Shown here: positions 28,243 through 40,348 of the stretch, one piece after another | Layout: each line of letters starts with the position of its first letter | Position numbering within the stretch: position 1 is the stretch's first letter | Assembly: GCA_017468205.1 (NCBI GenBank) | Contig: JAFUJK010000012.1 | Location: forward strand, 2,256 to 66,255 | DNA from: Clostridia bacterium | Lineage (GTDB): Bacteria > Bacillota > Clostridia > Christensenellales > UBA1242 | DNA length: 64,000 nucleotides | Direction of reading: 5' to 3' | The notes under the pieces: generated by a model | Told to the model about the DNA's origin: nothing | The model's database searches: none | The model's input: only the letters and a program-made list of their open reading frames with translations | Position numbers and translations under genes: made by a program

Positions 28243-30093
28243 TTAAATCGCCTCTACATCGCTCTTGTATAAATCACGATATACTGGGCACGATTTGAGC
28301 AATTTACTATGACTACCCTCTGCCACGATTTTGTGGTTTTCGAGCACCATAATTTTATCACAATCCTGAACAGTGCTTAATCTATGTGCAACAATCAAAA
28401 TAGTGCAGTCGCCTTTTAAGTTATTAATCGCTTGCTTTACTTTTTCTTGACTTTCGTTATCAAGTGCACTTGTCGCATCATCAAGAAGGAGGATTTTGCT
28501 TCCCCTTAAGAACGCACGAGCGATTGCAAGGCGTTGTTTTTGGCCTCCACTTAAAACCACACCGCCCTCGCCGACTTTGGTTTCATAGCCTTCTGGTCTT
28601 GAAATAATAAAGTCGTGAATTTGCGCTTTTCTGCACGCTTCTTCGATTTCTTCTTGCGTTGCATTTGGGTTGACATAAAGCAAGTTTTCGCGAATACTTA
28701 CGTTAAAAATGTATGGACTTTGAGGCACAATGCTAACAGAATTACGCAAACTATCACAGGTTAGGCGTCTTGTATCAACATCATCAATTAAAATATCACC
28801 GCTTGACACGTCATAAAGTCTTGGCAAAAGGTTTAAAATTGTACTCTTTCCTTCACCAGATTTTCCGACCAAGCCTACACATTCCCCCGCCTTAATAGTC
28901 AAATTCAAGTTTTCAAAAATTGTTGTTTCGCCGTAGTTGAAATTAACATTTTTAAATTCAATCTTGCCTTTTACATTATCAAGCACGCGGTCGCCAAAAA
29001 TTTCTTTTGGATACTCTTTGTTGTCCATAATTTCGTACATACGTTTTGCACGAAAATCCATTTTGAAAAGGATATCCTTAATGTCAGCCAAATAAGTAAA
29101 TGCGTGATAAGCCGTCCATTCAAAACTAAATATTGAAAGCAAATTACCAACAGTCATTATATCTTGCGTAATTAAGAAAATTGATAGCGCATAAGCCCCA
29201 AATGCTAAGACGTCTAGCACAATACCAGGAATACCCTCATAAGCATTGCTAGCAACCGCTTGATTATTGTTTGAATTATTTATATTTCCTAATAATTTTT
29301 TAAATCTCGCAAGGAAATTATTGTTCAAATTCAAACTTTTAACATCGCGAATTCCCTTGATAAGTTCATTACTTACACTTTGATAGTTGTCCGAAACTTT
29401 TGCACCTCTTTTCTGTGCCGGAATATGAAATTTCTTTGAAATAAAAACTGACAGCAAATAGATAGCAACACCCGCGAGCGTCATGTACAATCCAATCCAA
29501 ATACTGAATGTAAAGAATATTGAAAGACGTCCAAATCCAATGACAACACCCTTTACTTTTTCCAATAATATACTAATACTATCATTAAAAACTTCTGGGT
29601 CAACACTAACACGATTTAAAATCTCACCAGAGCCAACACTATCAAACTTGGAAACTTTCACATTTATGATGTTATTTGCAAGGTCTGAACGCATTTTTGT
29701 TGTTACTCTATTCAAAATTTTAGCCAATAAAATATTTAGTGAATAGTAAGATAAGTCAGCAAAACACATCATACCCACCAATATACCAAGTTGCAAAAGC
29801 GCGTGTTGCCATTCTTGCAACATAAGCGTGTCTATTGCATAACTCAAAACCAATGGCATAGCGACATTGACAGCAATTAACAATGCCCAAATCAATAGAA
29901 CAAAGATAAGTTTCAAGCCCTCGCCCTTAAAATAGTGCTTGAATTTGAAAAGATATTTAATCTTCCCTTTTTTATTGTCTTTATCTACTATTTCACTAGG
30001 ATAAATTCCATATTTCTCAAAGTGCTTTTCATCTTTGAGTTTTCTCTTTTGCTCTTTTCGTGCAAGGCGATTACTACTCATTTTTTCTTTCAT
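28243..30093 (-). CDS. ABC exporter, fused permease/ATPase (MsbA/BmrA-type half transporter)
   Basis: 616 aa. Six TM region, then Walker A GKSGEGKST, signature LSGGQKQR, Walker B LLLDDATSALD and an H-loop AHRL. There is a Lys-rich N-terminal extension. Confidence 0.85.
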   Translation of the reverse strand: MKEKMSSNRLARKEQKRKLKDEKHFEKYGIYPSEIVDKDNKKGKIKYLFKFKHYFKGEGLKLIFVLLIWALLIAVNVAMPLVLSYAIDTLMLQEWQHALLQLGILVGMMCFADLSYYSLNILLAKILNRVTTKMRSDLANNIINVKVSKFDSVGSGEILNRVSVDPEVFNDSISILLEKVKGVVIGFGRLSIFFTFSIWIGLYMTLAGVAIYLLSVFISKKFHIPAQKRGAKVSDNYQSVSNELIKGIRDVKSLNLNNNFLARFKKLLGNINNSNNNQAVASNAYEGIPGIVLDVLAFGAYALSIFLITQDIMTVGNLLSIFSFEWTAYHAFTYLADIKDILFKMDFRAKRMYEIMDNKEYPKEIFGDRVLDNVKGKIEFKNVNFNYGETTIFENLNLTIKAGECVGLVGKSGEGKSTILNLLPRLYDVSSGDILIDDVDTRRLTCDSLRNSVSIVPQSPYIFNVSIRENLLYVNPNATQEEIEEACRKAQIHDFIISRPEGYETKVGEGGVVLSGGQKQRLAIARAFLRGSKILLLDDATSALDNESQEKVKQAINNLKGDCTILIVAHRLSTVQDCDKIMVLENHKIVAEGSHSKLLKSCPVYRDLYKSDVEAI

Positions 30094-30142
30094 AATATCA
30101 CCTTGTTTAATTAATTTTTTTGCTTACTCATTTTGAGTAAAA

Positions 30143-30172
30143 TTAAGAGTTCGACACCTCAAACATAATCAT
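30143..30172 (-). CDS. candidate 9-codon leader ORF (MIMFEVSNS) upstream of the ABC exporter
   Basis: AAAGGAGGAG lies 7 nt upstream of the ATG and is the strongest SD seen in this window. The stop abuts the hairpin TTACTCA-aaa-TGAGTAA. Confidence 0.3.
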   Translation of the reverse strand: MIMFEVSNS

Positions 30173-30313
30173 TTTTTAACTCCTCCTTTTACGTTTATTC
30201 TTTGTTAGAATAACATTTTTTACACAAAATGTCAATAGCAAAATGAATATTTATGCAGAAAATTCTTTAAAAATTAAAAAACTATACCAAGTAAAGGCAT
30301 AGTTTTTATATTT

Positions 30314-31240
30314 TTACATTTTTCCCGCACTACAAAGTACATTTGTCATTTTATCAATTACAAACTCACGCATAGCGTCCTTGCAGGCTTGAAGGTACTT
30401 TCTAGGGTCGAATACAGTTGGATTCTCAACCAAAAATTTACGGATTGTTGCAGTAAACACCATACGCAAATCTGTATCGCAATTAACTTTACTTATACCA
30501 TTTGCACACGCTTCTGCAATCAATTTTTCAGGAACGCCCCTTGCTCCACTAACATCACCACCGAACTGATTAATCGTCTCAACTAAATATTGAGGCACAG
30601 AACTGGCTCCATGTAACACGAGCGGAAGATTTGGCATCAAATCATTAATATTGCGCAAAATATCCAATTCTAATTTAGGTTCACCACTAAATTTATATGC
30701 ACCGTGGCTAGTACCAATCGCAATTGCTAGGCTATCCACCCCAGTTTTATTTACAAAATCAACAGCCTGCTCTGGGTCTGTATAGCGGTGGATATCGCTT
30801 GAAACGTCATCTTCTACACCAGCTAGTACGCCCAACTCACCTTCAACCACAACTCCTTTTTTGTGAGCATAGTCAACAACTTTTTTTGTAAGCGCGACAT
30901 TGTCATCATATGGCAAACTACTTCCGTCAATCATAACAGAATTAAATCCTAAATCAATTACGCTTCTCACTATTTCAAAATCTTTGCCGTGGTCGAGGTG
31001 TAAAGCAACAGGCGCATCGGTCATTTCAAGGACACCATTTACAATATGCTTGATATAATGAGGTTCGGCATATTTAAGCCCTCCCTCACTCAATGCTAAT
31101 ATTACAGGCGAGCGCGCCTCGGTTGCACCATCAACAATTGCACGCATAATTTCAATACTGCTAAAATTAAAAGCTCCCACTGCATACTTTTCACGTTTCG
31201 CTTTTAACAACATTTCATATTCATTATAAAGTCTTTTCAT
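30314..31240 (-). CDS. fba: class II fructose-bisphosphate aldolase (or tagatose-bisphosphate aldolase family)
   Basis: 308 aa. YAVGAFNFSSIE, LHLDHG and the GTSHGAYKF motifs of class II aldolases. Confidence 0.85.
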   Translation of the reverse strand: MKRLYNEYEMLLKAKREKYAVGAFNFSSIEIMRAIVDGATEARSPVILALSEGGLKYAEPHYIKHIVNGVLEMTDAPVALHLDHGKDFEIVRSVIDLGFNSVMIDGSSLPYDDNVALTKKVVDYAHKKGVVVEGELGVLAGVEDDVSSDIHRYTDPEQAVDFVNKTGVDSLAIAIGTSHGAYKFSGEPKLELDILRNINDLMPNLPLVLHGASSVPQYLVETINQFGGDVSGARGVPEKLIAEACANGISKVNCDTDLRMVFTATIRKFLVENPTVFDPRKYLQACKDAMREFVIDKMTNVLCSAGKM

Positions 31241-31405
31241 TTTATGCTCCTTGTTTGTTTTGTTAGTTATATTTTAGTAAATATTTGTAAAAATAGCAAA
31301 TAAAATGCAAATATTGCTCAAATTCATTTGGAAATTTTTAAATAAAATATTATAATATGTATAAACTATCTATGCATTAGTTTAAAAAATTAGAGAGGTA
31401 AAAGA

Positions 31406-32716
31406 ATGATATCACTCGTGGTAACTGCGGACACGCCTAATTACGACCCCGCAGAACGCGACATCGCATTTAGCGAATTGCTCGCGCAATTTAAACAGCC
31501 ATTCGAGATTGTATATGTAGCAAATTCAGATTATGGTTATCTTGACACTCTTCGCGAAATTGCCAAGTCTTCTGATAATCGTCGATTGATTGTAACTACA
31601 CCATCGACCAACATCAACACGCAAATCTACACTGCCCTTGACCACACGAACAGCGGTGATGTGCTTCTTGCGACAATGGACACGAATCTTGAACTTATTC
31701 AATCTGTTATCAAGAAACATCTTGATGGGGCTGACCTTGTATTTGTAAAGCGTCAAGAAAACTGGTTTAAATCAATGTTTGTTGCTCTTGGACACGGAAC
31801 CTACCAAATGGGGTTAAAACTTTTGGGACGTGGACGCGATATGTGCTGTGAGCCTCGCGTTGTATTCCTTAACAATCGTTCTGTTAACACAATAATTTTA
31901 AATCCTGCTTTAAGCAAAGCACTTCGTCTTGTTAATCCAGACACGGAGCGTACTGCTCGTGTAGTTACGACTAAAAAGATTTATGACAATCCAACCGAAG
32001 CACAAAAAAGTTGTAACAACTCCTTCTTTGCCCTTGGCTTGGTTTCAATTTTCTATATAATCGCCCTACTTGTTATGGCAGTTGTGTTCCCAATTTGTAA
32101 CTCTGGTGTATATACTACTTGGATACTCATCTCACTCGTAGCTTGGATTATCTTGGGTGTCATCGGTGCTGTTATTGCAGCAAAATTCATATACAACTCA
32201 CGACTTGGATTGCCTGTTGCCATAAATCTGGCGGGCGAACCAATAATCAACATTGTTGAAACAGTTGTTGACCAAATCGACGAAAAAGTTGGCGAGGAAA
32301 ACAAAGAGGAAGTAAAATCAGAAAAGAAATCAAAGAAAAAAGCAAACAAAGAAGAAAAATCAATCGAACAACCAGCAGAACAAGTTGAAGAAGAAACAAA
32401 AGAAGAAAATATCGAAGAAAAAACAGAACTAGAACCTGCTGAAAATATTGAACAAGACAAAACAAAATCAGAACAACCAAAAACAGAAGAAAAAGAACCA
32501 GCAAAGAAAACTGCAACAAAGAAAACAACAGCAAAAAAATCTACAACAACCAAAAAAGCGACGACTACAAAAAAAGCAACTACTTCAACAGCAAAGAAAA
32601 CTACCAGCAAATCAACCGCTACAAAAAAGACAAGTACAACAAGCAAAACTGGCGCGAAAAAGCCAGAAATCTCAAAAATCAAAAGCACTAAAGGTGCAAA
32701 AACTAAAAAAGATTAA
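31406..32716 (+). CDS. membrane protein with N-terminal GT-A-like domain and Glu/Lys then Lys/Thr-rich low-complexity tail
   Basis: 436 aa. The N-terminal ~200 aa are glycosyltransferase-2-like by pattern only. There are two TM segments. The tail has KKxTT-type repeats (TTKKATTTKKATTSTAKKTTSK). Confidence 0.5.
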   Translation: MISLVVTADTPNYDPAERDIAFSELLAQFKQPFEIVYVANSDYGYLDTLREIAKSSDNRRLIVTTPSTNINTQIYTALDHTNSGDVLLATMDTNLELIQSVIKKHLDGADLVFVKRQENWFKSMFVALGHGTYQMGLKLLGRGRDMCCEPRVVFLNNRSVNTIILNPALSKALRLVNPDTERTARVVTTKKIYDNPTEAQKSCNNSFFALGLVSIFYIIALLVMAVVFPICNSGVYTTWILISLVAWIILGVIGAVIAAKFIYNSRLGLPVAINLAGEPIINIVETVVDQIDEKVGEENKEEVKSEKKSKKKANKEEKSIEQPAEQVEEETKEENIEEKTELEPAENIEQDKTKSEQPKTEEKEPAKKTATKKTTAKKSTTTKKATTTKKATTSTAKKTTSKSTATKKTSTTSKTGAKKPEISKIKSTKGAKTKKD

Positions 32717-32720
32717 CTAG

Positions 32721-33743
<1,023 letters not shown>

Positions 33744-33752
33744 GGAGAAAAA

Positions 33753-34226
33753 ATGCGCTGTCCAGTATGTGGCGCTCGAATGAAAAAAGATGTCAATTTG
33801 TGTGTTAAATGTGGCACAAAATTGGAAGACATAAAGAAAGCCAGCCACCAAGCGGTTAGCAAAGCGCGCGCTGAATTCGAGCCAGAAAAAGTTGTTTTGT
33901 CGTCCTATTTCCCTTCCGACCTAAACTATGTCAAGACACTTCTACTTTGCATTTTTCTAGGTACATTTGGGGCACACTATTTTTATGTCAAACGCCCTAT
34001 CCCCGGTATAATATGCGCCGTTGGCTGGTCCATTTTCCTCCTATTTTATATAATATGTTCGTTTATTTTTGGACCAAGTGAAACTTTTACATTTAGTTCA
34101 TACAATTTACAAGTAATTCAATTTTTCGTATCAATTATTGGCGCGCTAGTGTTCCTTTATTGGATTGTGGACATAATACGAATTGCTACAAAGCGTTTTA
34201 AAGTTCCCGTAGTTATAAATGATTAA
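33753..34226 (+). CDS. zinc-ribbon plus TM2-domain membrane protein
   Basis: N-terminal CPVCG...CVKCG zinc ribbon. LLLCIFLGTFGAHYFYV is the TM2 signature. Confidence 0.7.
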   Translation: MRCPVCGARMKKDVNLCVKCGTKLEDIKKASHQAVSKARAEFEPEKVVLSSYFPSDLNYVKTLLLCIFLGTFGAHYFYVKRPIPGIICAVGWSIFLLFYIICSFIFGPSETFTFSSYNLQVIQFFVSIIGALVFLYWIVDIIRIATKRFKVPVVIND

Positions 34227-34277
34227 AGAAGGCTATTTGCTTTCTTTTTTCTTTAATTTATTGACTTTTTGCAATAA

Positions 34278-35399
<1,122 letters not shown>

Positions 35400-35430
35400 A
35401 AGGACAGCAAATCGCTGTCTTTTTGTATAT

Positions 35431-35958
35431 TTATGCACTTTTTTGAACGTTATCATTTTCACTTTCAAAAGTATATGCGATTTCTTTTTGCTTTGCTTTA
35501 ATCTCCGCAACGCGCTTGCTAGCGCTGTCAAAATCATCGCACACATCAACCAGTCTATAATCCTCTCCAACTTCTGCTAGCAACTTTTTATCAAACGCCA
35601 AGTCCATCACTTTTTGGCGCATCAAACATTCATCAACTTTCAATTTATTGAATTTATCATAATCAAAAGCGAAACCCTTTGATACTTTTCCGACATCTAA
35701 CACTATAAAAACTTGCTTATCACACTCACACAAATCACAACTTAATATCTGTCTTCGAGTCAGCAACGCAGTGGTATATGCTGAATTTAAGTGCATTAAG
35801 TAATATGCACGCGCAGAACAAACGTAAAAATCTTTATTATGATACATCTTTAAAACATACCATTTTCCCGCTTGTTCTCTATTATATTTATTCTTTTTTT
35901 CTTGCTCAATCGTGTTTTTAATTATACAAAAAATATTGTCTTTATTCATAAGGTTCAC
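35431..35958 (-). CDS. hypothetical protein
   Basis: 175 aa with no recognisable motif. The codon usage is similar to its neighbours. Confidence 0.45.
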   Translation of the reverse strand: MNLMNKDNIFCIIKNTIEQEKKNKYNREQAGKWYVLKMYHNKDFYVCSARAYYLMHLNSAYTTALLTRRQILSCDLCECDKQVFIVLDVGKVSKGFAFDYDKFNKLKVDECLMRQKVMDLAFDKKLLAEVGEDYRLVDVCDDFDSASKRVAEIKAKQKEIAYTFESENDNVQKSA

Positions 35959-36054
35959 CTCTTTAAACTATGTTATTATTATAACACATATTGCAAATTT
36001 GGCAAGCATTTAACATCAATTAAAAAGATAAAAAGAGCATTTAAAGCTCTTTTT

Positions 36055-37383
36055 CTACATTAATAAATTTCCATCATCTGTTTCAATTACTTTCAAAATA
36101 TTAAACTGCAAACCAGTTTTTGCGTCAATATAAATATAATAAGTTGAACCTTCACTAACACACATAAATTCATAGGTCAAAGTTTCGCCTACATAGTCAT
36201 TAGGAACAATTGCCATTTTACACGTACGAACATCCATATCAGTGGTTAAAGATTTTCTCGCTTCCACTTCATTAATTGTAGGGCTTAAATTATTACGTTC
36301 TACGTGGTTATATGCCCAACTGCGAGCCTCCCATCCAACAACCTCACCGCTATCTTGCGACACTTTCACCTTTATCATATCGGGATAAACTATCACATCA
36401 TTCTGTACAAAAGTTAAATTAATATAAACAAAACCATTACTTGCAGTACTCCAAACAGCCTTCATATCCTCAAAACCAAGGTTTTTTGCGAATGTTTCAG
36501 CAATTGTTCGACATTCATCTTCTGTTTTCTGCGCATCTCCTACCTCATATCCCCCATTAAACTGTAACAAAATTCCATCACGTTTAGTTACTTGAGCATA
36601 AGCAGTCTGCTCCCCCTTTTCTAACTCAAAGTTAAAAGTGGCAAATTCTCCATCAGTTTCTCCATTGGCTTTAACCGAAAAGTCCGCAAACCATTCACGC
36701 ACTCTATTAAGTGCTTCCTCTGCATTAATTTCATTTTCAGAAAGCCCTTTAATCTCCTTATCATTTAACGAATCACTAAATGGACCGTCATAAATCAAGG
36801 TCGGATACTCATTAATTTCGTTATTCAATCCACTAAATTGATTGTTGAAATCACTTGTATCCATATTAGGATTTTTAACATTATCCACAATAGAATAATC
36901 TGTTGAAGCCAGAATTGTCAATCTATTTAACTCATATTTAACATTTTGGCTTGAAGTATGCAGTGATGCTATTTGGTCCATATCATCGAGCGAAATTTTC
37001 TCACCAGCAGCCAAATTTTGTTGCAAAATTAAGCAAAAACCGCTTAATTGATTTATAAAAGTTATCGTATCATTCACCGCATTATGCTCAATCGGCAAAG
37101 TCGCGATGTTATCCTGCGCTGCATTCGCCTGCGCAACAACATTTGACAAATATTTTTCTTGAACTTTTGGGACAGTTGATACTTTTAATTTACTCAAATT
37201 AGACTCGATATTATTGATATTATCAGTTAATTCATATAAATTTCGTTGATAGACATATTCCAATTGATTTTTATATTGCCCCATCGCATTAGAAGTCATT
37301 CCCCAATTAATACCTGTAAACGTAATTGCGCCAACAGCAAGCACAGTCCCCAAAACAATCGCTACAATAGTAACTTTTTTCAT
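36055..37383 (-). CDS. ypeB: germination protein YpeB
   Basis: 442 aa. N-terminal TM, then the YpeB-type helical region (YKNQLEYVYQRNLYELTDNINNIE) and C-terminal PepSY-like repeats. It lies directly downstream of sleB. Confidence 0.8.
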   Translation of the reverse strand: MKKVTIVAIVLGTVLAVGAITFTGINWGMTSNAMGQYKNQLEYVYQRNLYELTDNINNIESNLSKLKVSTVPKVQEKYLSNVVAQANAAQDNIATLPIEHNAVNDTITFINQLSGFCLILQQNLAAGEKISLDDMDQIASLHTSSQNVKYELNRLTILASTDYSIVDNVKNPNMDTSDFNNQFSGLNNEINEYPTLIYDGPFSDSLNDKEIKGLSENEINAEEALNRVREWFADFSVKANGETDGEFATFNFELEKGEQTAYAQVTKRDGILLQFNGGYEVGDAQKTEDECRTIAETFAKNLGFEDMKAVWSTASNGFVYINLTFVQNDVIVYPDMIKVKVSQDSGEVVGWEARSWAYNHVERNNLSPTINEVEARKSLTTDMDVRTCKMAIVPNDYVGETLTYEFMCVSEGSTYYIYIDAKTGLQFNILKVIETDDGNLLM

Positions 37384-37394
37384 TTTCCCACCTC

Positions 37395-38069
37395 CTAAAC
37401 TGCAAAATTATGCTTTCCTATTGTTGTTACAATTTTTCTAGACCATATCCAACTGCTTGTTGCTGTATTTGGATTGTAATAGTAAATCGCCCCATAAGTC
37501 GGGTCCCAACCATTCAACGCATCGCGCGCAGCATTATATGCCGATTGATTAGGCTCAAGATTTATTTGACCATCATTAACGCAGGTAAAAGCCCACGGCT
37601 GATAAATTACACCATAAATTGTATTAGGAAATTTACTGCTTTCAACCCTATTTAAAATTACAGCACCAATAGCAACCTGCCCTGTATAAGGTTCACCACG
37701 TGCTTCTGCGTGAATACATTTTGCAAGCAAATACAAATCGTTATTACTTTGACTACTCAAACTCATTCCCAATGCTGCGGCGGTTTTGCTACCAACAATA
37801 CCATCAGCAACAAGTCCATTATTTTTTTGGAACCATACTACCGCACTTCGAGTTTTTGCGCCATAAATTCCATCAACCGAACCTTTATAATATCCCCAAT
37901 TTTTAAGTTTAGTTTGTACTGTTTTAATCTGATTTGTTGTAAGCCCCGTTTCTACAACCTGCTCAACCGAGTAAGTAAACGGATTAAAAATACCAACAAC
38001 CCCCACACCCACAATCGCCATTAAACACAAACCTAACCCCAATGCTTTAAACAATTTCTTCTTTTTCAT
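37395..38069 (-). CDS. sleB: spore cortex-lytic enzyme SleB
   Basis: ATG at 38069 after GGAGG. It has a signal/TM segment, a PG-binding domain (LKNWGYYKGSVDGIYGAKTRSAV) and a hydrolase_2 domain (HAEARGEPYTGQVAIGAVILNRV). Confidence 0.85.
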   Translation of the reverse strand: MKKKKLFKALGLGLCLMAIVGVGVVGIFNPFTYSVEQVVETGLTTNQIKTVQTKLKNWGYYKGSVDGIYGAKTRSAVVWFQKNNGLVADGIVGSKTAAALGMSLSSQSNNDLYLLAKCIHAEARGEPYTGQVAIGAVILNRVESSKFPNTIYGVIYQPWAFTCVNDGQINLEPNQSAYNAARDALNGWDPTYGAIYYYNPNTATSSWIWSRKIVTTIGKHNFAV

Positions 38070-38070
38070 C

Positions 38071-38616
38071 TTATCCTCCAAAGAATGATTTTATAATTTC
38101 TAACAATTTAGAGCGATACGTAACAGAACTTGAACCATCATCAGCGGTATTTACAAAACATAATGGCGGATAAACAACACACCACCAATTATCACCTTCC
38201 GCACTTCCCAATTCAACAATTAAACTATCGTATTCCCCGCTTTCAAGAACAATATCATCATATGCCCGTGTAGGAAATAGTTCACTACGTAAAACTGCAT
38301 TTGCGCCATAATTATATCCAGCACGCTCCAATATTAAACCTGCTACATCGCTAATTTTTTGTAAATTTTCATTAATTAATAGCATTGCGTTTTCTTTTGT
38401 GTTTGCATTTGCTAAAATTGGTGTCAAATATGACACAATAGCATCTTTTACTTGATATTTCACATTTTGGTCATCAATCGAATTACTATTAGCTCTAATA
38501 TGTATTCTTAAAAAACTTTCCGCACTCAACTCACTACTTTGAGCACTATTCAATCCAACTATACCGCCTAACAATACCAAAGCAAAAGCCACTATAATTC
38601 CTAATTTTTTAATCAT
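38071..38616 (-). CDS. spoIIR: stage II sporulation protein R
   Basis: ATG at 38616 after GAGGTGA. LRIHIRANSNS...DNWWCVVYPPLCF is the SpoIIR signature. Confidence 0.85.
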   Translation of the reverse strand: MIKKLGIIVAFALVLLGGIVGLNSAQSSELSAESFLRIHIRANSNSIDDQNVKYQVKDAIVSYLTPILANANTKENAMLLINENLQKISDVAGLILERAGYNYGANAVLRSELFPTRAYDDIVLESGEYDSLIVELGSAEGDNWWCVVYPPLCFVNTADDGSSSVTYRSKLLEIIKSFFGG

Positions 38617-38692
38617 AATATCACCTCGCTTGTAACTATTGACCAAAGACATCTATATTAAACATATTTTTATATTTTATAATAAAAAATAA

Positions 38693-38727
38693 GTACTATG
38701 CATTGCATAATACCTATTGCATAGTAC
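38693..38727. repeat. 35-nt palindromic element, copy 2 (GTACTATGCA-N15-TGCATAGTAC)
   Basis: It has the same 10-bp arms as 12451-12484. The loop core TGCATAATACCTA equals the reverse complement of the copy 1 loop core. It lies 26 nt downstream of the stop at 38753. Confidence 0.7.
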
Positions 38728-38752
38728 TTAAAAATGTCGATTTTTGTCGTTT

Positions 38753-40285
38753 TTATACGCTTTTTTCTCTATAAACTATCAATCTTTGCGGGGTTGTAAT
38801 CGGGAAAGACAAATCTGGATTTTGCTGAATAATCAATTCTCCGGGTATTGCAAGCGACTTTGAAACATCCCATAAATCTTTAGCCTCAGGGATTATATAT
38901 AACCCCATCGCACTATTATTAACTGGTCGCTTTTCACCTAAATGTACGTTTTGCAATATCGCATCATTATCATTTTGCAAAACAATACTTTCTATCGCCA
39001 ATTCTGCTAAAATATCAATTTCTTTTGATTTCTTATTGCGCGCTTCAATATCCTTTGGAACTATATTAATCTTTACAAAATTTTCAGGTACTAATTCATC
39101 TTTTTTAAGCGATAGACTAAAAGGCACTTCCGCTAAAATAGATTGAGTAGTTGCCTCCTCATCATCTAAAGTATAAAAAACATAACAACCTAGCACACCC
39201 GTAGCATTTATTACTTTATCTCCTACATCAACCGACTTTGTAATTACATTACCAGAACATACAGCCAAAATCCTATCAATTCGAGGCGAGTCTTCACCTA
39301 AAACAATACTTCCATCTATTTTTTCAAAATTTAATTCTGTTTTTCTCATATTCTGTGATGTAAAAGAAGAATATTCATTATTTAATAAATATTTAGGACA
39401 AAAAGCATCTACAACAGCTTCAATACTTTTATTTTGACGCACAAATATATTAGTTTTGACTAAATTTTTAAGCAAAATTGTGCCTTTTGCACTATTTAAT
39501 TCTCCTTGTAGCTCATATGTGGTCGCGCTCGTTTGCATTGTAGCCGTTACAACATCGCTTGATGTTATATTATTTGCTAGCAATTCGTGCGTAAATGATT
39601 GATTATAACGTTGATTTTTTAGTTTTGGCTGTTCATCACTAGTTAAGTAAACTAAATTTGTATACATTTCTCCATACAAAGACACCACATCATTGCCTGA
39701 TTCTATTTTAGAAAGCACTGCAACACTTTCAACACATAGCACTTTGCTTACAGATTGAGGCATATCCAACTCAATATCTAAATCAAATTCCTGAGCCGTT
39801 CCCGCCACTATATCCGTATAAAATATACTATCCCTTTTTTGTTGCGCAACGGATAATTCGGATACATATTTCACTTTTTCACAAGCTAAAAATATTGGTT
39901 TTACTAAAATATTAGTAGTAAAAGTAACAGCGTGCTCTGAAGCTTGCACACTATTTACACCTAAACTATGCGCAGTAGCAAAAACTTCGCTTTCAGGTAA
40001 AATCTCCGCATTCATATTGTGAATTGTAAAATTATTAGCCCCCTCCAAGCAAGAATATCCGCCGTCTACATTTTCAACAATAATTTTCACGCCCAATTTT
40101 CCATCTATTTGTACACTTCCCGTACTAGGAATAATCTGCTCAACACTTGGAGTTGCCGATACAGAAACAACACGAGAAATTGCACCTTCCCCGCTTTGCA
40201 AAGTCATAACAACAGGAATTGAATCTTCTGCCAATGCCTTTGTGTATTTAATTTCCAATTCGGCATTTTTTGGTTCAAAAGCCAT
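38753..40285 (-). CDS. DUF3794/SPOCS-like repeat protein (possible spore-coat morphogenesis factor)
   Basis: 510 aa. It has beta-rich repeated modules ending in G-x-hydrophobic-x3-hydrophobic-x-Y (e.g. LYGEMYTNLVYL, GVLGCYVFYT), lies adjacent to veg and has no LysM. This is a pattern-level call. Confidence 0.4.
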   Translation of the reverse strand: MAFEPKNAELEIKYTKALAEDSIPVVMTLQSGEGAISRVVSVSATPSVEQIIPSTGSVQIDGKLGVKIIVENVDGGYSCLEGANNFTIHNMNAEILPESEVFATAHSLGVNSVQASEHAVTFTTNILVKPIFLACEKVKYVSELSVAQQKRDSIFYTDIVAGTAQEFDLDIELDMPQSVSKVLCVESVAVLSKIESGNDVVSLYGEMYTNLVYLTSDEQPKLKNQRYNQSFTHELLANNITSSDVVTATMQTSATTYELQGELNSAKGTILLKNLVKTNIFVRQNKSIEAVVDAFCPKYLLNNEYSSFTSQNMRKTELNFEKIDGSIVLGEDSPRIDRILAVCSGNVITKSVDVGDKVINATGVLGCYVFYTLDDEEATTQSILAEVPFSLSLKKDELVPENFVKINIVPKDIEARNKKSKEIDILAELAIESIVLQNDNDAILQNVHLGEKRPVNNSAMGLYIIPEAKDLWDVSKSLAIPGELIIQQNPDLSFPITTPQRLIVYREKSV

Positions 40286-40348
40286 TTTGCCCTCCCTAAA
40301 ATTTATTAATACTAATTTATTTTAGGAAAAGCAAAAATATAACCAAAA

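Noticed and set aside
32053-32688. 211-aa and nested 95-aa minus-strand ORFs antisense to the Lys/Thr-rich tail region
   Set aside because: They are artefacts of the A/C-rich repeat. The translation is a Phe/Val/Ser homopolymer-like string with no start context.
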